From positions 373,634-437,633 of the forward strand of contig JAXLRS010000003.1 of the NCBI GenBank assembly GCA_046330995.1: a stretch of 64,000 nucleotides of DNA, given 5' to 3'. Positions 49,656-58,052 of this stretch are shown here, piece by piece; position 1 is the stretch's first letter; every line of letters begins with the position of its first letter. The notes beneath the pieces are model-generated. The model worked only from the letters and a program-made list of their open reading frames with translations. It was not told the DNA's origin and searched no databases. The position numbers were made by a program, and so were the translations under genes. The stretch is from Dermatophilaceae bacterium. Its GTDB lineage: Bacteria; Actinomycetota; Actinomycetes; Actinomycetales; Dermatophilaceae.

Positions 49656-50123
49656 ATTCACCGCAGGCGAGGGTGCGGCTCGTTGGCATGACAAAGCCTT
49701 TGGGCGACGTGGCCACGCCAAGGACGCTTTCAGTACCGCCACGACGGTCCGGACGTCAAGAACGTCGGCGAGTCTGCTGCGTCACATTCACGCGTCGGAG
49801 CTCTGGCGTGGTGCCACACTCAAAGGTGGGCTTCGGTAGGGATCAGCAGGTCGCTCGCGGCCCACAGAATGGACGGCGTCATGGCCTCACGCGCGGATCG
49901 CCCGACCTTCCTCCTCCGTATCCGACGGGTGCACCGCCGGATCAATCCGGCCCGAGCCTGGGCGCAGCCGTGGCCTTGAGCCCGCGGCGCTGAGCCAGCT
50001 GCAGCTCCGACGTGTCGCGAGCCGCATTCCCTTTGGTACCGACGCGTTACCGGCCGTCAATTGACGCTGGCGTGGTCGGGACGGCAGCAATCTCACCCAC
50101 GAGCCAGGAGAACTGCCCCTTCT

Positions 50124-50176
50124 CTCCGTGGCCACACGTCCATTTCCCTTCGCTCCGTGGCCACACGTCCATTTCC
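50124..50176 (+). promoter_or_regulatory. two 24-bp direct repeats upstream of the membrane-protein array (candidate operator)
   Basis: CTCCGTGGCCACACGTCCATTTCC at 50124-50147 and 50153-50176, ending 21 nt before the ATG at 50198. Confidence 0.5.
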
Positions 50177-50197
50177 GATGATCTCGAGGAGTACCCC

Positions 50198-50911
50198 ATG
50201 ACCGACACGATCACCGCGGCAGAACCAGCCGTGGTGGATACGGAGCTGAAACGCACGGCCCGGACCACTGGGGCCCTGTATCTTGCGTTCTTCGTCGCAG
50301 GGATCCTCGGGACCTTCGTCATTCGCGGACAGTTGTTCGTGGATGGGGATCCCGCAGCCACCCTGTCCAACCTCACCAGGCTCGAGGGGCTCGCGCGACT
50401 AGGTATCGCTCTCGAGCTCGCCATCGTCGTGGCCCAGGCCCTGACGGCACTCTGGTTCTATCGCCTGTTCCGTGGCGTCGACCGTGTCGCTGCGGCCGCG
50501 CTGGTGCTGTTCGGGATGGCCGGCGCGACGGCCATCCTCGGCAGCGCGGCGCTGCTCGCCACCGCACACGAGGTGGCCGCCGACACCTCGCTGGCCACCG
50601 GCGTCGGCGCGGCCGGGACGGTACAGCTGCTCTACGTCGCCAGCGGTCACGTGTGGGGGGTTGCCGCGGTCTTCTTCGGGCTCTGGCTCATCCCCATGGG
50701 GTGGCTGGTCCTGCGCTCGCGATGGCAGCCGAAGGCGCTCGGGTGGATCCTCATCCTGGCCGGGTTCGGGTACGTTCTCAGCGCGTTCGCGGCATACCTG
50801 CTGCCGGACACCGGCCTCAGCCAACTCCTCACGCTGCCGTCCATCGTCGGCGAGGTGTGGATCATGGGCTACCTGCTCACCGTCGGCATCGCACACCGTC
50901 ATGGGCGCTGA
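50198..50911 (+). CDS. DUF4386-family membrane protein (paralogue 1)
   Basis: ATG at 50198 after GAGGAG. Polytopic, with the typical GALYLAFFVAGI and LGWILILAGFGYV segments. Confidence 0.75.
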   Translation: MTDTITAAEPAVVDTELKRTARTTGALYLAFFVAGILGTFVIRGQLFVDGDPAATLSNLTRLEGLARLGIALELAIVVAQALTALWFYRLFRGVDRVAAAALVLFGMAGATAILGSAALLATAHEVAADTSLATGVGAAGTVQLLYVASGHVWGVAAVFFGLWLIPMGWLVLRSRWQPKALGWILILAGFGYVLSAFAAYLLPDTGLSQLLTLPSIVGEVWIMGYLLTVGIAHRHGR

Positions 50912-51650
50912 AGCAACGACCCGTCCAGGCGTCACCGCACCGCGCGCCGATCCGTTCTGGGCGAGGCTGGAGCGCACAGGCGGGATCGCGGGTCTGGTGT
51001 TCGTCGTGATGGTGCTGGTCGCGCTCGTTCTGATGGTCGTTGCCCCGGTGCCACCGGCCGAGGGCGGACCGCTGCTGGCCTACGTCGCCGCGCACAAAGG
51101 CGTCTACCTCACGGAGCTGATCTGTTTCGTCGGCTTGAGCGTGCCAGCGATGGTCGTCTTCGTCGCCGTCGCCAGGGCGCTCATGGGATCCGACAGAAGC
51201 ATCGCCCTCATCGGCGGGATCCTCGGGGTCGCGGCGGAGACCGTTGCGCTGGCCGTGGGCAGCAGTCCCCAGTCGTTGCACGGCGGCCTGGTCATCCTGA
51301 GCAACTCCTACGCCGCCGCAGAGAGCGACGCCGAGCGCGCCAGCCTGGTCAGCGCCGCGGATGCGCTCATCGCGGCAACCAACGGAGCGCCCTGGGCGGG
51401 AGTGCTGACCGCCGCCGCCATCCTGGTCCTGTCCGCGTTGATGCGGCAGGGGGACTTCGGTCGGACACTCGCCGTTGTCGGGATGATCACGGGCGCGCTG
51501 GGCATCGTCAGCGAGGCATTCAGAACGGTGATCGGCCCGGCCTACCTGCTCTATGGCCTGTTGTTGCCGCTGTGGTTCGCCCTGGTAGGACGCCGGCTGT
51601 TCACGTGGGGCCGCAAGGGCACTTCGTCCTTCCCGGACGCGACCGGGTAG
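50901..51650 (+). CDS. DUF4386-like polytopic membrane protein (paralogue 2)
   Basis: The ATG overlaps the upstream stop. Six predicted helices with the same architecture as its neighbours. Confidence 0.65.
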   Translation: MGAEATTRPGVTAPRADPFWARLERTGGIAGLVFVVMVLVALVLMVVAPVPPAEGGPLLAYVAAHKGVYLTELICFVGLSVPAMVVFVAVARALMGSDRSIALIGGILGVAAETVALAVGSSPQSLHGGLVILSNSYAAAESDAERASLVSAADALIAATNGAPWAGVLTAAAILVLSALMRQGDFGRTLAVVGMITGALGIVSEAFRTVIGPAYLLYGLLLPLWFALVGRRLFTWGRKGTSSFPDATG

Positions 51651-51670
51651 GCAGATGCAGGGAGTCCATC

Positions 51671-52468
51671 ATGAAACCGACGCGCAGGATCTCCATCATC
51701 GCGGGGACGCTGTTCATCCTCGCTACCTCCGGCACCCTGATCGCCGAGGGCATTGCCCCCGAGCTGACCGGAACCGATTACCTCGCCGGTGTGGCCGCAG
51801 GGTCGGGCACGATGGCCACCGCGCTCCTCCTGCAACTGTTCGCAGCGGGGTGCAGTGTCGGCATCGCCATCGTGTTGTATGCCGTGTTGCGTCGCACCCA
51901 CCCGACCCTTGCCCTGGGTGCGGTCGTCTTTCGCGCGATCGAAGCGGTCTTCTATCTCGTCGGAGTCGTGAGCCTGATGACGGTGCTCAGCATCGCCACT
52001 GCCCACGCCCCGGCGGCCGGGGGACCGTCCCCCTGGCAGACCGTAAGCGACACGCTGCGGTCTGCTCACGATCGGGCCGGCGTCGTCGCGGTGAGCGCTT
52101 TCGTCGTCGGCGGGCTTCTCTATTACATCGCCCTCTACCGGACCCGTCTCATCCCGCGCTGGCTGTCCGGGTGGGGCATTGCAGCGCTTCCCTTGATGGG
52201 CATGGCCTGCGGCCTGGCGGTGTATGCCGACGCGCCGGTGACGAACTACGTTCCGCTTGCCGCACCGATCGGCATCCAGGAGATCGTCTTCGGCATCTGG
52301 CTGCTCGCCAAGGGCTTCGACGCGGTCGAACCCAGCCAGCACGGATCGGTCGCGACCTCGGCCGACCAATGTATCGCCAGCCGTCCAGTGCAGGCCGCCA
52401 CGCCGGGAAGGGGCCAAGCCCGATCGGGCACGGCTGCCAGCGACGCACCGATCCCAATCCGTGAGTGA
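51671..52468 (+). CDS. DUF4386-family membrane protein (paralogue 3)
   Basis: LIPRWLSGWGI and IQEIVFGIWLLAKGF motifs. Pro/Ala-rich tail. Confidence 0.75.
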   Translation: MKPTRRISIIAGTLFILATSGTLIAEGIAPELTGTDYLAGVAAGSGTMATALLLQLFAAGCSVGIAIVLYAVLRRTHPTLALGAVVFRAIEAVFYLVGVVSLMTVLSIATAHAPAAGGPSPWQTVSDTLRSAHDRAGVVAVSAFVVGGLLYYIALYRTRLIPRWLSGWGIAALPLMGMACGLAVYADAPVTNYVPLAAPIGIQEIVFGIWLLAKGFDAVEPSQHGSVATSADQCIASRPVQAATPGRGQARSGTAASDAPIPIRE

Positions 52469-52478
52469 GGAAACCGCC

Positions 52479-53318
52479 ATGTCGACCCACATCCCATCCC
52501 AATTCGCCCCGCCTTCGTATCGAGGAAACGCCATCGCCGCAGGAGTGCTGCTCATCGTCTGCACGGTCATCAGCATCCTGAGCGCCGCACCCCTGGGCTC
52601 AACCCTGGACAACGGGGACTACCTCGCCCAGTTGCCGTCGCGGGAGAGCAGTGTGCTACTCAGCGCCGTCCTGGAGTTCGTGTGGGCAGCCACGGGGGTC
52701 GGGATCGCTGTCGCGTTGTACCCGGCCCTGCGCAGTCACAACCGTGGGCTGGGCCTGGGCGCTGTCGCCGGAAGGCTGGTCGAGGGCGTGTTCGTGATGG
52801 TCGGCTCCCTCGGCCTGCTGGCGGCGTTGACCGTGGGCCAGCATGCGCAGACAGCAGGCACGCCAGGGCCGGCGGCCCAGGCCGCCGGAGACTCCATGAT
52901 GGCCCTGCGCCACTGGGCGCTCGGGTTCCTCGGACTGCTCACGTTTCTCACCGGGGCACTCATGTACTACCTCGTGCTGTTCAACGCGCGACTGTTGCCG
53001 CGCTGGCTGGCGGGATGGGGCATCGCGGCGGTGGCACTCTCCTATGTCGCTACCCTCCACGCCGGCTACACCCAGGCCTTCGGGTTCTCCACGGTCAACA
53101 CCGTGCTCAACGTCCCGATCCTGCTTCAGGAGATGGTCATGGCGGTGTGGTTGATCGTCAGAGGGTTCACCCCCCCTCGCGCATGCGAACCCGAGCTTCT
53201 CGCCGCCATCGCCACCGATCCAGCCGGTGACCGCACGACAGCGCCGGTCGGCGCGACCGGCACCACATCCACCCCGGTCGCTGCCGCGTCCGGCCAAACC
53301 CCTGTCCCTCGTCACTGA
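52479..53318 (+). CDS. DUF4386-family membrane protein (paralogue 4)
   Basis: LLPRWLAGWGI and LQEMVMAVWLIVRGF. Clearly paralogous to 51671..52468. Confidence 0.75.
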   Translation: MSTHIPSQFAPPSYRGNAIAAGVLLIVCTVISILSAAPLGSTLDNGDYLAQLPSRESSVLLSAVLEFVWAATGVGIAVALYPALRSHNRGLGLGAVAGRLVEGVFVMVGSLGLLAALTVGQHAQTAGTPGPAAQAAGDSMMALRHWALGFLGLLTFLTGALMYYLVLFNARLLPRWLAGWGIAAVALSYVATLHAGYTQAFGFSTVNTVLNVPILLQEMVMAVWLIVRGFTPPRACEPELLAAIATDPAGDRTTAPVGATGTTSTPVAAASGQTPVPRH

Positions 53319-53330
53319 ACGGAGCGCATC

Positions 53331-54068
53331 ATGTCAACCACCCTCCCATCGGCGGTCATGGAGTCCACCGGGACCGATCCCCCGGCACCGCCGTCCACGG
53401 CATACCCGCTGCAACTCGACGCGACCTTGGATGAGCCGCTGTCCAGGTGGCTGTGGCTCGTCAAGTGGCTGCTGCTGATCCCGCACTACCTGGTGTTGGT
53501 CGTGCTCTACGCCGGCTACCTGGTGGTCACGGTGATCGCGTTCGTGTCGATCCTGGTGACCGGACGATATCCGCGCTGGGCGTTCGACTACACCAGCGGC
53601 GTGCTGCGCTGGTCGTGGCGGGTGCAGTACTACGGCTACAGCGCTCTGGCCACTGACCGTTATCCGCCGTTCACCCTCGCCGACGTGCCGGACTACCCGG
53701 CCCGGCTGACCATCGCCTATCCCGAACACCCCTCGCGTGGAAAGGCTCTGGTCCAGTGGTGGCTGCTGCCGATACCGCACTTCCTCGTCCTTGCCATCCT
53801 CATCGGATCACAGTCCTCCACCGGTGACGGCGGCTGGGAACAGGGGACCAGCGTGCCGGGGCTGATCGGCCTGTTGGCGTTCTTCGCCGGTATCGCCCTG
53901 CTGTTCACAGCGTCCTACCCCCGCGGCCTGTGGCGTTTCGTCGTCGGCCTCAACAGATGGGTATTCCGGGTCATCGCCTACGCCAGCCTGCTGACGGACC
54001 GTTATCCGCCATTCCGTCTCGATCAGGGTGGCCGCGAGCGTGACAACGACATCGAACCCCGTAGGTGA
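53331..54068 (+). CDS. DUF4389-family membrane protein
   Basis: Duplicated LxIPHYLVL ... TDRYPPF modules. Confidence 0.75.
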   Translation: MSTTLPSAVMESTGTDPPAPPSTAYPLQLDATLDEPLSRWLWLVKWLLLIPHYLVLVVLYAGYLVVTVIAFVSILVTGRYPRWAFDYTSGVLRWSWRVQYYGYSALATDRYPPFTLADVPDYPARLTIAYPEHPSRGKALVQWWLLPIPHFLVLAILIGSQSSTGDGGWEQGTSVPGLIGLLAFFAGIALLFTASYPRGLWRFVVGLNRWVFRVIAYASLLTDRYPPFRLDQGGRERDNDIEPRR

Positions 54069-54414
54069 TCCGAGCCCACAGGCTCGGCACCACGAACCGA
54101 CGACGCAAGCCCCGGCCCACTGGCGGCGGACCTTCGTCTGGCTGACCCTGGCGGGGGCGGCGGGCTTCTGGCTGGCGAACCTGGCGATCTCGTCGACGTC
54201 CATTGCGGCGGACTACCGGTCCGCCGCGTTCGCCGCGGCGACCGACCGCCCGCGGCGCTACCTGCTCATCGGCACCATGCTCAACGCCGTCCGCAGCACC
54301 GCTCTCGGCGTCGCCGTCGGGTATGGCGCCGAGCGCCAGCTCCGCGGTAAGGGCCAGGGGTCCTCCGGTGCTCACTCGGCCCCCCACAACACCGAAAGGC
54401 CGGATACGTCATGA
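54028..54414 (+). CDS. small hypothetical membrane protein
   Basis: High G/C third-position bias and one clear TM helix (TFVWLTLAGAAGFWLANLAI). Start uncertain (54028 or GTG near 54040). Confidence 0.45.
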   Translation: MAASVTTTSNPVGDPSPQARHHEPTTQAPAHWRRTFVWLTLAGAAGFWLANLAISSTSIAADYRSAAFAAATDRPRRYLLIGTMLNAVRSTALGVAVGYGAERQLRGKGQGSSGAHSAPHNTERPDTS

Positions 54415-54692
54415 CTCGCCGTCGCCTGCTCCCCGAAGGCTTCTTCGGGCCTGTCGACTATGCCGCTCGCACCCCTTACCGTCGTCCGCCGGGCTTCTAT
54501 CGACGGCTTCAGTCGATCGCGCCGTTCTTCAGGAGGCTCGGCATCACCCCCGCTTACGTGGTCGAGCTCGAAGTGCCGGGCCGTCGCACCGGTCAGCCAC
54601 GCAGGACCCTGGCCTTGGTTCCCCACGGCTTGTCACTGATCACCGCGTCCCGGCCCCACAGCGGTCACGTCGTGGCCGCGAGGGTCGGCTGA
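54411..54692 (+). CDS. short ORF resembling the N-terminal half of a DUF385/deazaflavin-dependent nitroreductase-family protein
   Basis: ATGA overlap with the upstream ORF. VELEVPGRRTGQPRRT resembles the conserved GRxSGxxRxTP segment. Only 93 aa, so probably truncated. Confidence 0.35.
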   Translation: MTRRRLLPEGFFGPVDYAARTPYRRPPGFYRRLQSIAPFFRRLGITPAYVVELEVPGRRTGQPRRTLALVPHGLSLITASRPHSGHVVAARVG

Positions 54693-54723
54693 CGTGTTCC
54701 GTCAACGAAGCGAGGAGATCGCA

Positions 54724-55455
54724 ATGACGAACATCCACACAGCCACACCGCAGGCCACGACTCCGGAGAGGACCAACTCGTGGCGAATGGGCGGCCTCGC
54801 CGCCTTGGCTGGAGCGGCGACGAATCTCACCGGCCTGGCCGTGTTCACAGCCCTCCTGCTGCCGAACGGACTAGGCGACACCGAGGCCGCCCCCGGCACA
54901 GTGGTGGGGCTCCTTGCCGACAATCACACCGCCATGCGCGCGTGGTACATCATCATCTACCTGGTCTTCGGCGCCTGCCTCGTCGTCCTGTCGCTGTCGC
55001 TCTCGGACCACCTCGAGTCTCGATCCGCCCTGGCGCACGCCGCGACCACCCTGGGCCTGATCTATGCGGTGCTGGTCATCGTCATCGGTACCCTGCAGAT
55101 CACCGACCTGGACACGGTGGTCAGGCTCCATGGCCAGGACCCGGCACAAGCCGCCACCGCATACACCACGCTCAACTCCGTCGAAACCGGCCTGGGCGCC
55201 GGAGGCGGAGAGACGATCACCCTCGCGCTGTGGCTGCTGATGCTCAGCTGGGCAGCGCTGGGGGCCCGGGAACTCCCACGGTTGCTCAACTACCTGGGCC
55301 TGCTGCTCGGTGCAGCGGGCATCTTCTCGGTGCTCCTGAACTCCCTGCTGCTGATGTCGGTCAGCGGTCTCGGCCTCATCATCTGGCTGTTGTGGCTCGG
55401 CATCGCCATGCTTCGCGAGGGCCGGCGGGCGACCGACCCTCCGCACCGACCGTGA
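54724..55455 (+). CDS. DUF4386-like polytopic membrane protein (paralogue 5)
   Basis: ATG at 54724 after GAGGAG. Six hydrophobic segments, ELPRLLNYLGLLLGAAGI. Confidence 0.65.
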   Translation: MTNIHTATPQATTPERTNSWRMGGLAALAGAATNLTGLAVFTALLLPNGLGDTEAAPGTVVGLLADNHTAMRAWYIIIYLVFGACLVVLSLSLSDHLESRSALAHAATTLGLIYAVLVIVIGTLQITDLDTVVRLHGQDPAQAATAYTTLNSVETGLGAGGGETITLALWLLMLSWAALGARELPRLLNYLGLLLGAAGIFSVLLNSLLLMSVSGLGLIIWLLWLGIAMLREGRRATDPPHRP

Positions 55456-55533
55456 CGACCGACCGATCCACCAACCGGCAGCGGCGGAGTAACGACATTC
55501 GCAAGATCACCCCATCGGATCGATTCCGATGCC

Positions 55534-56034
55534 ATGGAAACGGAGTTGATGGACATGTCCACCATGCAAGCGACACGCACAGCGCCGACCCTCGGGAAGC
55601 GCCGGGACGACCCGGTCAACGTCAAGGTCATCCTGAGCGGACTGTGGACGGCGATGCTGTTCGTCTTCGCCTACGTCGACATCTTCGCCTACCTGCGCGC
55701 CGACGTCCTGCACGCGGCGATGGCCGGGAAGGTGGCGACCACAGGGTTCACGGTCAACCAGACCTTCCTGGCGCTCACCTTGATATACATCCTCGTGGCG
55801 GCGTTGATGGTGCCCCTGTCCTTGGTGCTCGGAGCCAGGGTCAACCGGGTTGTCCAATTCGTTGTGAGCGTCGCCTACACCATCACCATCATCGCCGCCG
55901 CGGCCGGCGAGTCGTGGGCGTACTACATCGTCGGCAGCGTCGTCGAAGTCCTGTTGCTGGTGGCGATCTTCCGGATCGCCTGGAAATGGCCATCGGCCCC
56001 CGTCCGACACGACGACGCGAACCAGCAGGCATAA
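55534..56034 (+). CDS. DUF6326-family membrane protein
   Basis: VKVILSGLWTAMLFVFAYVDIF and C-terminal YYIVGSVVEVLLLVAIFRIAWKW match my memory of the family. Confidence 0.65.
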   Translation: METELMDMSTMQATRTAPTLGKRRDDPVNVKVILSGLWTAMLFVFAYVDIFAYLRADVLHAAMAGKVATTGFTVNQTFLALTLIYILVAALMVPLSLVLGARVNRVVQFVVSVAYTITIIAAAAGESWAYYIVGSVVEVLLLVAIFRIAWKWPSAPVRHDDANQQA

Positions 56035-57388
56035 GCCTCACGCCGCAGAGGGTGGGCCGAACCGTGGCCGCGTCGGTCTGTGGGCTGGTCCACCTTCCGG
56101 ACGAGCCGTTGGATCTGGTGACCGAGATCAACGAGCGGGTCTTCGCGCCGCTGATCAAAGACCTGATCATCCGAGGCAACCAGGCTGCCTCATGGCACGT
56201 GCCGGACCCGGGCGCGACCGCACGGTATTGCGTCGTCATCGACATCGAAGCCATCAACCGGCTCCGAAGCGAGCCGGCCCGGGACCCGGAGCGCTCGGCC
56301 GTGGAGGCCATGCTCCGGCTGCTGGGCGCACCCAACGACAGCGAAAGCGAGCCGACGCTGATCTTGCTTCCGCAGTTGCGTCTTGCCGCCCACCTGACGC
56401 TGGCCGTCGCCGCTCTGTGGTGATCCACGTGTGGCGCCCTGACCGGCCGTAGCGCCTCTGGGCGAGGCTTGTAGCAGGCGACTGCATCCGCGACTGCGCT
56501 CATGATCGAGGAGCCCGTCGAGACGGAACTGGTCGGGACCGCGTGCGCGCGGGTGTAGACGTCGGCGAGGAAGGCGCCCGCCTCTCGGTCGTATGCCGAG
56601 ACCACGCCCGGCACCATCTCGGGAGTGAGCTTCTCGACAACGGCGCCGCGCATCTCCGCGCCAGCCCAGCCGGCGGCCCCCTTGGCCGCTCCCTCGGCGA
56701 CGAGGCCCGCGGCATGGCCCACCGACAGCGTGCTGAGATCGGTTGTCGAACCTCCTGGGACTCCCGCCTTGATCGTGCCATAGACGGCCTCGACCTGTGC
56801 CTTCGACATGTCATCGAAGTTGTCCGCCGCGATCGTCGCGAAATCGTGGACCTTGGACCGGTTCCCGCTGGCCAGGCTGAGCAGGTAGCAGTATTTCTGA
56901 AAGGCGGCCACTTCGGCGGCGCTCGGATTGGGATTGTTCCGGAGTTCCTTGCCCCACGCCTCGGCCCTGGCATAGGCCTGCGGGTAGTGGTCCTTGATGC
57001 CCGACTGCCCGATCACCTTCAACCGCGTGGCGATGTCGTTGACCTGCTGCTCGGTCGCCGGCTCATCGCGGCGCCATGGGTCATGTCGCCGAGGCGCCGG
57101 TGCGCCGCCGACGGCGCCGGTCGACTCACTCGCGCGGCGTTGCTCGGCCGCCTGCCGCTGGGCCTGGCGTGCATAGTCGTCGATCGCCTGGGCCAACTGG
57201 TCGAGGTGCCGGTGCTGGCGCTGCCAGTCACCGACCAGGGCCGACGCGTCGCGGCCGATCCACACTTCTTGGGCCCGGCGCAGGGATCGGTCCAGAGCGG
57301 ATGTGATCGACCTGAGGGCGTGCGCGGCTGACGTCAACTCCTTGGCGACGGACTCGACGACTTCGACGTCCATCCCGAGACGTGCCAT
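55889..57388 (-). CDS. WXG100-domain fusion protein with no stop codon of its own (3-prime truncated or chimeric)
   Basis: The N-terminal approx 95 aa form a helical hairpin with W-x-G (EVWIGRD). The sequence looks like a real protein to about 56450. Below that the ORF is the antisense shadow of the + strand genes. Confidence 0.55.
   Translation of the reverse strand: MARLGMDVEVVESVAKELTSAAHALRSITSALDRSLRRAQEVWIGRDASALVGDWQRQHRHLDQLAQAIDDYARQAQRQAAEQRRASESTGAVGGAPAPRRHDPWRRDEPATEQQVNDIATRLKVIGQSGIKDHYPQAYARAEAWGKELRNNPNPSAAEVAAFQKYCYLLSLASGNRSKVHDFATIAADNFDDMSKAQVEAVYGTIKAGVPGGSTTDLSTLSVGHAAGLVAEGAAKGAAGWAGAEMRGAVVEKLTPEMVPGVVSAYDREAGAFLADVYTRAHAVPTSSVSTGSSIMSAVADAVACYKPRPEALRPVRAPHVDHHRAATASVRWAARRNCGSKISVGSLSLSLGAPSSRSMASTAERSGSRAGSLRSRLMASMSMTTQYRAVAPGSGTCHEAAWLPRMIRSLISGAKTRSLISVTRSNGSSGRWTSPQTDAATVRPTLCGVRLMPAGSRRRVGRGPMAISRRSGRSPPATGLRRRCRRCSTPTTRRPRRR
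56052..56423 (+). CDS. hypothetical soluble protein
   Basis: Balanced composition (DEPLDLVTEINERVFAPLIKDLIIRG...). The overlapping minus-strand reading is Ser/Arg-rich shadow. GTG at 56052 or 56064. Confidence 0.5.
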   Translation: MGRTVAASVCGLVHLPDEPLDLVTEINERVFAPLIKDLIIRGNQAASWHVPDPGATARYCVVIDIEAINRLRSEPARDPERSAVEAMLRLLGAPNDSESEPTLILLPQLRLAAHLTLAVAALW

Positions 57389-57440
57389 CGACCTCGTGCC
57401 CCTTTCAGTCCCGTGCCCCGACGAGCCTGAAGGACGACGG
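57344..57440. repeat. right copy of the approx 95-bp direct repeat (WXG100 gene start region)
   Basis: See 49561..49655. Confidence 0.8.
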
Positions 57441-57564
57441 AGATCACGTCACGTCCAACGTTCGGGGGGCACGGGGGGCGCCAAGCCACCCACGGCAGGG
57501 CCGAGGCCATGCGAGGGTGCGGTGGAGGAGGACGACCGCGGTGCCCCGAGCGGCTGACGGTCGA

Positions 57565-58026
57565 TCAACCCGCGGACGTCCCCGACGTCGCCGTCGTCGA
57601 GCGCGCCGAGCCGTTGGCCCTCGCGCTCACGGTGGCAGTCCCGCCGGCGTCGAGGTTGACGATCTCGACCTCACACCGGGCGCTCCCCTCGCCGTGCTCG
57701 GTCACATGTGCCCGAGCCTCGAGCACGCCGTTGCGGGCCGCTCGCAGGTAGGTGACGGAGACCGTCTCCGTGAGCACACTCGGCCCGAGCACCGATCCGG
57801 CCGCGAACGTCAGCGCGTTGTCGGCGAGGTAGGCATGGACCCCGCCGTGGACGAGCCCGAACTGCTGGCGGTGGTCGTCGCCGATCGCGAGCCGGAGGAC
57901 CGCGTGACCGTCGCCGAAGGCCGTGATCTCGGTCCCGAGGAGGCGCGAGAACGGCTGGGCCGCCAGGATGGTTCGAGCCAGGTCGAGCCGAGCGTCCGGG
58001 TCATCCGGGACGAGGTGGGGGGCCAT
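57565..58026 (-). CDS. PaaI-family hotdog-fold thioesterase
   Basis: QPFSRLLG...GLVHGGVHAYLADNA, a typical PaaI core. Confidence 0.8.
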   Translation of the reverse strand: MAPHLVPDDPDARLDLARTILAAQPFSRLLGTEITAFGDGHAVLRLAIGDDHRQQFGLVHGGVHAYLADNALTFAAGSVLGPSVLTETVSVTYLRAARNGVLEARAHVTEHGEGSARCEVEIVNLDAGGTATVSARANGSARSTTATSGTSAG

Positions 58027-58052
58027 GACCCCATTATCGGGCGCTGCGGCGG

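Noticed and set aside
49660-50120. ORFs 49331..49993 (+) and 49887..50135 (-) in the non-coding stretch before the membrane array.
   Set aside because: Poor codon bias and no recognisable family. The region looks like decayed or regulatory DNA rather than genes.
55889-57388. Evidence for a type VII secretion locus.
   Set aside because: Only a single WXG100-domain gene is present. No EccC/EssC-type ATPase or other core components lie in the window.
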